Shown here piece by piece: positions 61,691 through 64,000 of a DNA stretch of 64,000 bases (the first letter of the stretch is position 1; the number at the start of each line of letters is the position of its first letter). The stretch lies in the NCBI RefSeq assembly GCF_037042905.1, contig NC_087251.1:33172001-33236000 (forward strand), in the 5' to 3' direction. The position numbers were made by a program, and so were the translations under genes. Source of the stretch: Lytechinus pictus (Eukaryota). The notes under the pieces are model-generated. The model worked only from the letters and a program-made list of their open reading frames with translations. It was not told the DNA's origin and did no database searches.

Positions 61691-63039
61691 GTCTATGTAT
61701 TGCATGTGTAAAGTTCGGGCTCGTTGCGTATCTTCTTTTACTAGAATCGCGAAGATACGCGGGTGCGCAGACTTGGGAGACCGCGCAGACATGGGGGAAC
61801 TGACCATACTTGTTCCCAAATATGTCATGACAAGTCTCTCAGTCACATTTCGAGGTCAGACAATATACCCACCTCTTCCAAATATCGCGATCGGGAACGG
61901 CTGTATTACAGCTTTGATCTTGATGTCGTTGTTCGAATCCTCAGACATCACTTCGCGGATCGCTTGGATTTGCCGTGCGCCGTAATGTTAATATGGACTG
62001 AAGTTCTGCGACCAAAAGACTTGCCTGCAGCATGCTGGCAGTTTGTTCGCCACATGTTCGCATGATTTGGTTGCTAACTTCAGTCCATATCCACATTACG
62101 GCGCATGGCGAATCAAAGTGATCCGCGAAGTGATGTCTGAGGATTCAAACGACATCAAGAACGACAAAGCTGAAATACAGCCGTTCCCGATCGCGATATT
62201 TGGAAAAGAGGTGGGTATATTGACCTGGAAATGTGACTGAGAGACTTGTCATGACATTTTGGGAACAAGTATTGGTGATGAGGTATGCTGGTAATCGGCT
62301 GGTGCGAAACTGCATTAGCGCCCGGCTCGCTATCGTGCAGCCACCATTAACTCTTTAAGAGCCATTGGCAGCTATAGTTGCCCATAGCCCTCTAGTGCCA
62401 CTGGCAGCTATAGTTGCCCAACTAACTTTTTTTTGTTTAACCAATTTTACAGCCAGAAAATCAACACTATATTCTGTGTTTTTTATGTTGTTATATTGGC
62501 AAGGAATTCACAATTGATTTTGTTATATAATGAATAGTGGTTTACATAGACATTTTTTGAGTAAAATGGCATTTTTGCATCATTATTTTGAAGAGTTGAT
62601 TTCGGATATTGCCGCGATCTGAATCAAAATTTCCCCTATAGACACGTGTGATATAAAGATTGTGTGTAGCAATACACGTACTTCTACGGGCAGAGCAAAG
62701 GCGAGTGTGCGAAGGCATTCAGCTCAGAATTGACCAATGACAGAGCGGTACGATGTCTCTCACCCAACGCTACTCGCCCATTCGCTATTGTTTTATGAAT
62801 ATTCATGAGCTATCGATCGGCTCTTCTGCAGGCCGGTATGGTAGTATTCTTGTGTCAAGGCTTTTTTCTGCCTGCAAATGTGCACGGTTTGGGGGAGATT
62901 TTTTGGGGGTGGGGGGGGGGTGGGGGAAAGGTCTTATAGTTTGTTTTTTTAGCATTCTCACAAAATTGTTCTCGTTATAAATATATGAGTAAAGAAGGCG
63001 GTCATTTCCAACTCTCATCGCACTGCAATCATCACACTC

Positions 63040-63215
63040 ATTATTTATTTATTCATTTATTATTATTATTATTATCATTATTAGTATTACTATTATCGTA
63101 ATCATTATTATCATTATTGTTATTGCTATTATTATAATTATTATTCTCCTTTACCTTCTTATTATTAATGTTATTGCCATCAGAATCATCATCATCATCA
63201 TTATGATTATTATTA
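63040..63215. repeat. (ATT)n/(ATC)n degenerate microsatellite
   Basis: Run of TAT/CAT triplets. Confidence 0.85.
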
Positions 63216-64000
63216 AAAAATAATTGTTGTAATCATATCAATTGCATTCCTTCTGCAGCCAAACTCTCTCTTCATAAACTTAAGATCAGGTAAATAACGG
63301 TTCATATTCGTTTGTGTTTTTATAGCCCAAACCATAAAAAAAGAATGATTGACATTGTTATGCTTATCAATATCATATTCAAACTTCTCACAAAAATATG
63401 AATCGTTCAATATTCTCCTCGAATCAAATAGGAAGAAGCAAAACAAATACATTTGATAATTAAAACGGCCGATAATACCGCTTTATTCGTCTCAAGATGT
63501 TTTGAGGAAAAGAAAAAAAGGGATACATTAACAAAACCGATCAGACCGACCTGTTAGTTGCTGCATCATTGACGTCACTATCAAAGGGATTTTAAAACGA
63601 CTTTAGAGAGTAGAAATGAAAATGATAACGATGATAACGGGTTGAATATTACATTTCTTTATACCACGCATATTATTGTACACTATGTTATCTGAACAAA
63701 TAAATTTCTTTTACCACGGATAGTGCTACGAGCTGGGGAGGCCCTGGGCGGATGCAGGATTTTTCTGTAGGGGGGCAAATTGTTTTCTCTTTACCTGGGT
63801 CACCCATAAGAAATCAATACCGGAACCTTTGAAAGTATTAAAATGTCAAATCAAAAGACGCGCGTTTTTGAGCCCCGATTTCTATGAACATCCTGCGCTA
63901 AATTACTCTCCTAGATAATAGGTCAGGAGGGAACGCGGATTAGAGATTCCTCATGAAAGAGAGTCTGGGCATCTATTGTTCATGACTTGGTGGCATGACC

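Larger units (their letters stand above)
60050..62322. mobile_element. Foldback MITE with GGC...GCC termini and 8-bp TSD (Merlin/MuDR-like), left arm interrupted
   Basis: GGCCCAATGCAGTTTCGCACC / GGTGCGAAACTGCATTAGCGCC; TSD CGGCTCGC at 60042-60049 and 62323-62330; the arms continue as the 61803-62276 hairpin. Confidence 0.75.

Overview
AT-rich, intron-containing animal DNA. The repeat families look echinoderm/sea-urchin-like, which is an inference. I can support only one host gene: a four-exon MFS/SLC16 (monocarboxylate-transporter-like) gene, join(3994..4189,6089..6238,6483..7538,10132..10262), 510 aa. The rest is a dense, often nested landscape of mobile DNA: hAT-like, Harbinger-, Tc1/mariner-, Ginger-, Kolobok- and Academ-type non-autonomous elements, a stacked Helentron/HINE, tRNA-derived SINEs, L2/CR1-group RT relics, a non-autonomous LTR element with non-canonical CG...CG termini, and a near-complete L1/Tx1-clade retrotransposon. 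The most striking observation concerns that retrotransposon. About 89 nt just upstream of ORF2 (54281-54369) and 78 nt just after its stop codon (58183-58260) are complementary through about 73 pairs, including about 10 G:U and no A:C pairs. This predicts a sense-strand RNA panhandle closing the whole 3.8-kb ORF2 into a loop, in an element whose ORF2 has no N-terminal AUG and lies kilobases from ORF1. All alignments and pairings were made by eye; no searches or folding programs were run.
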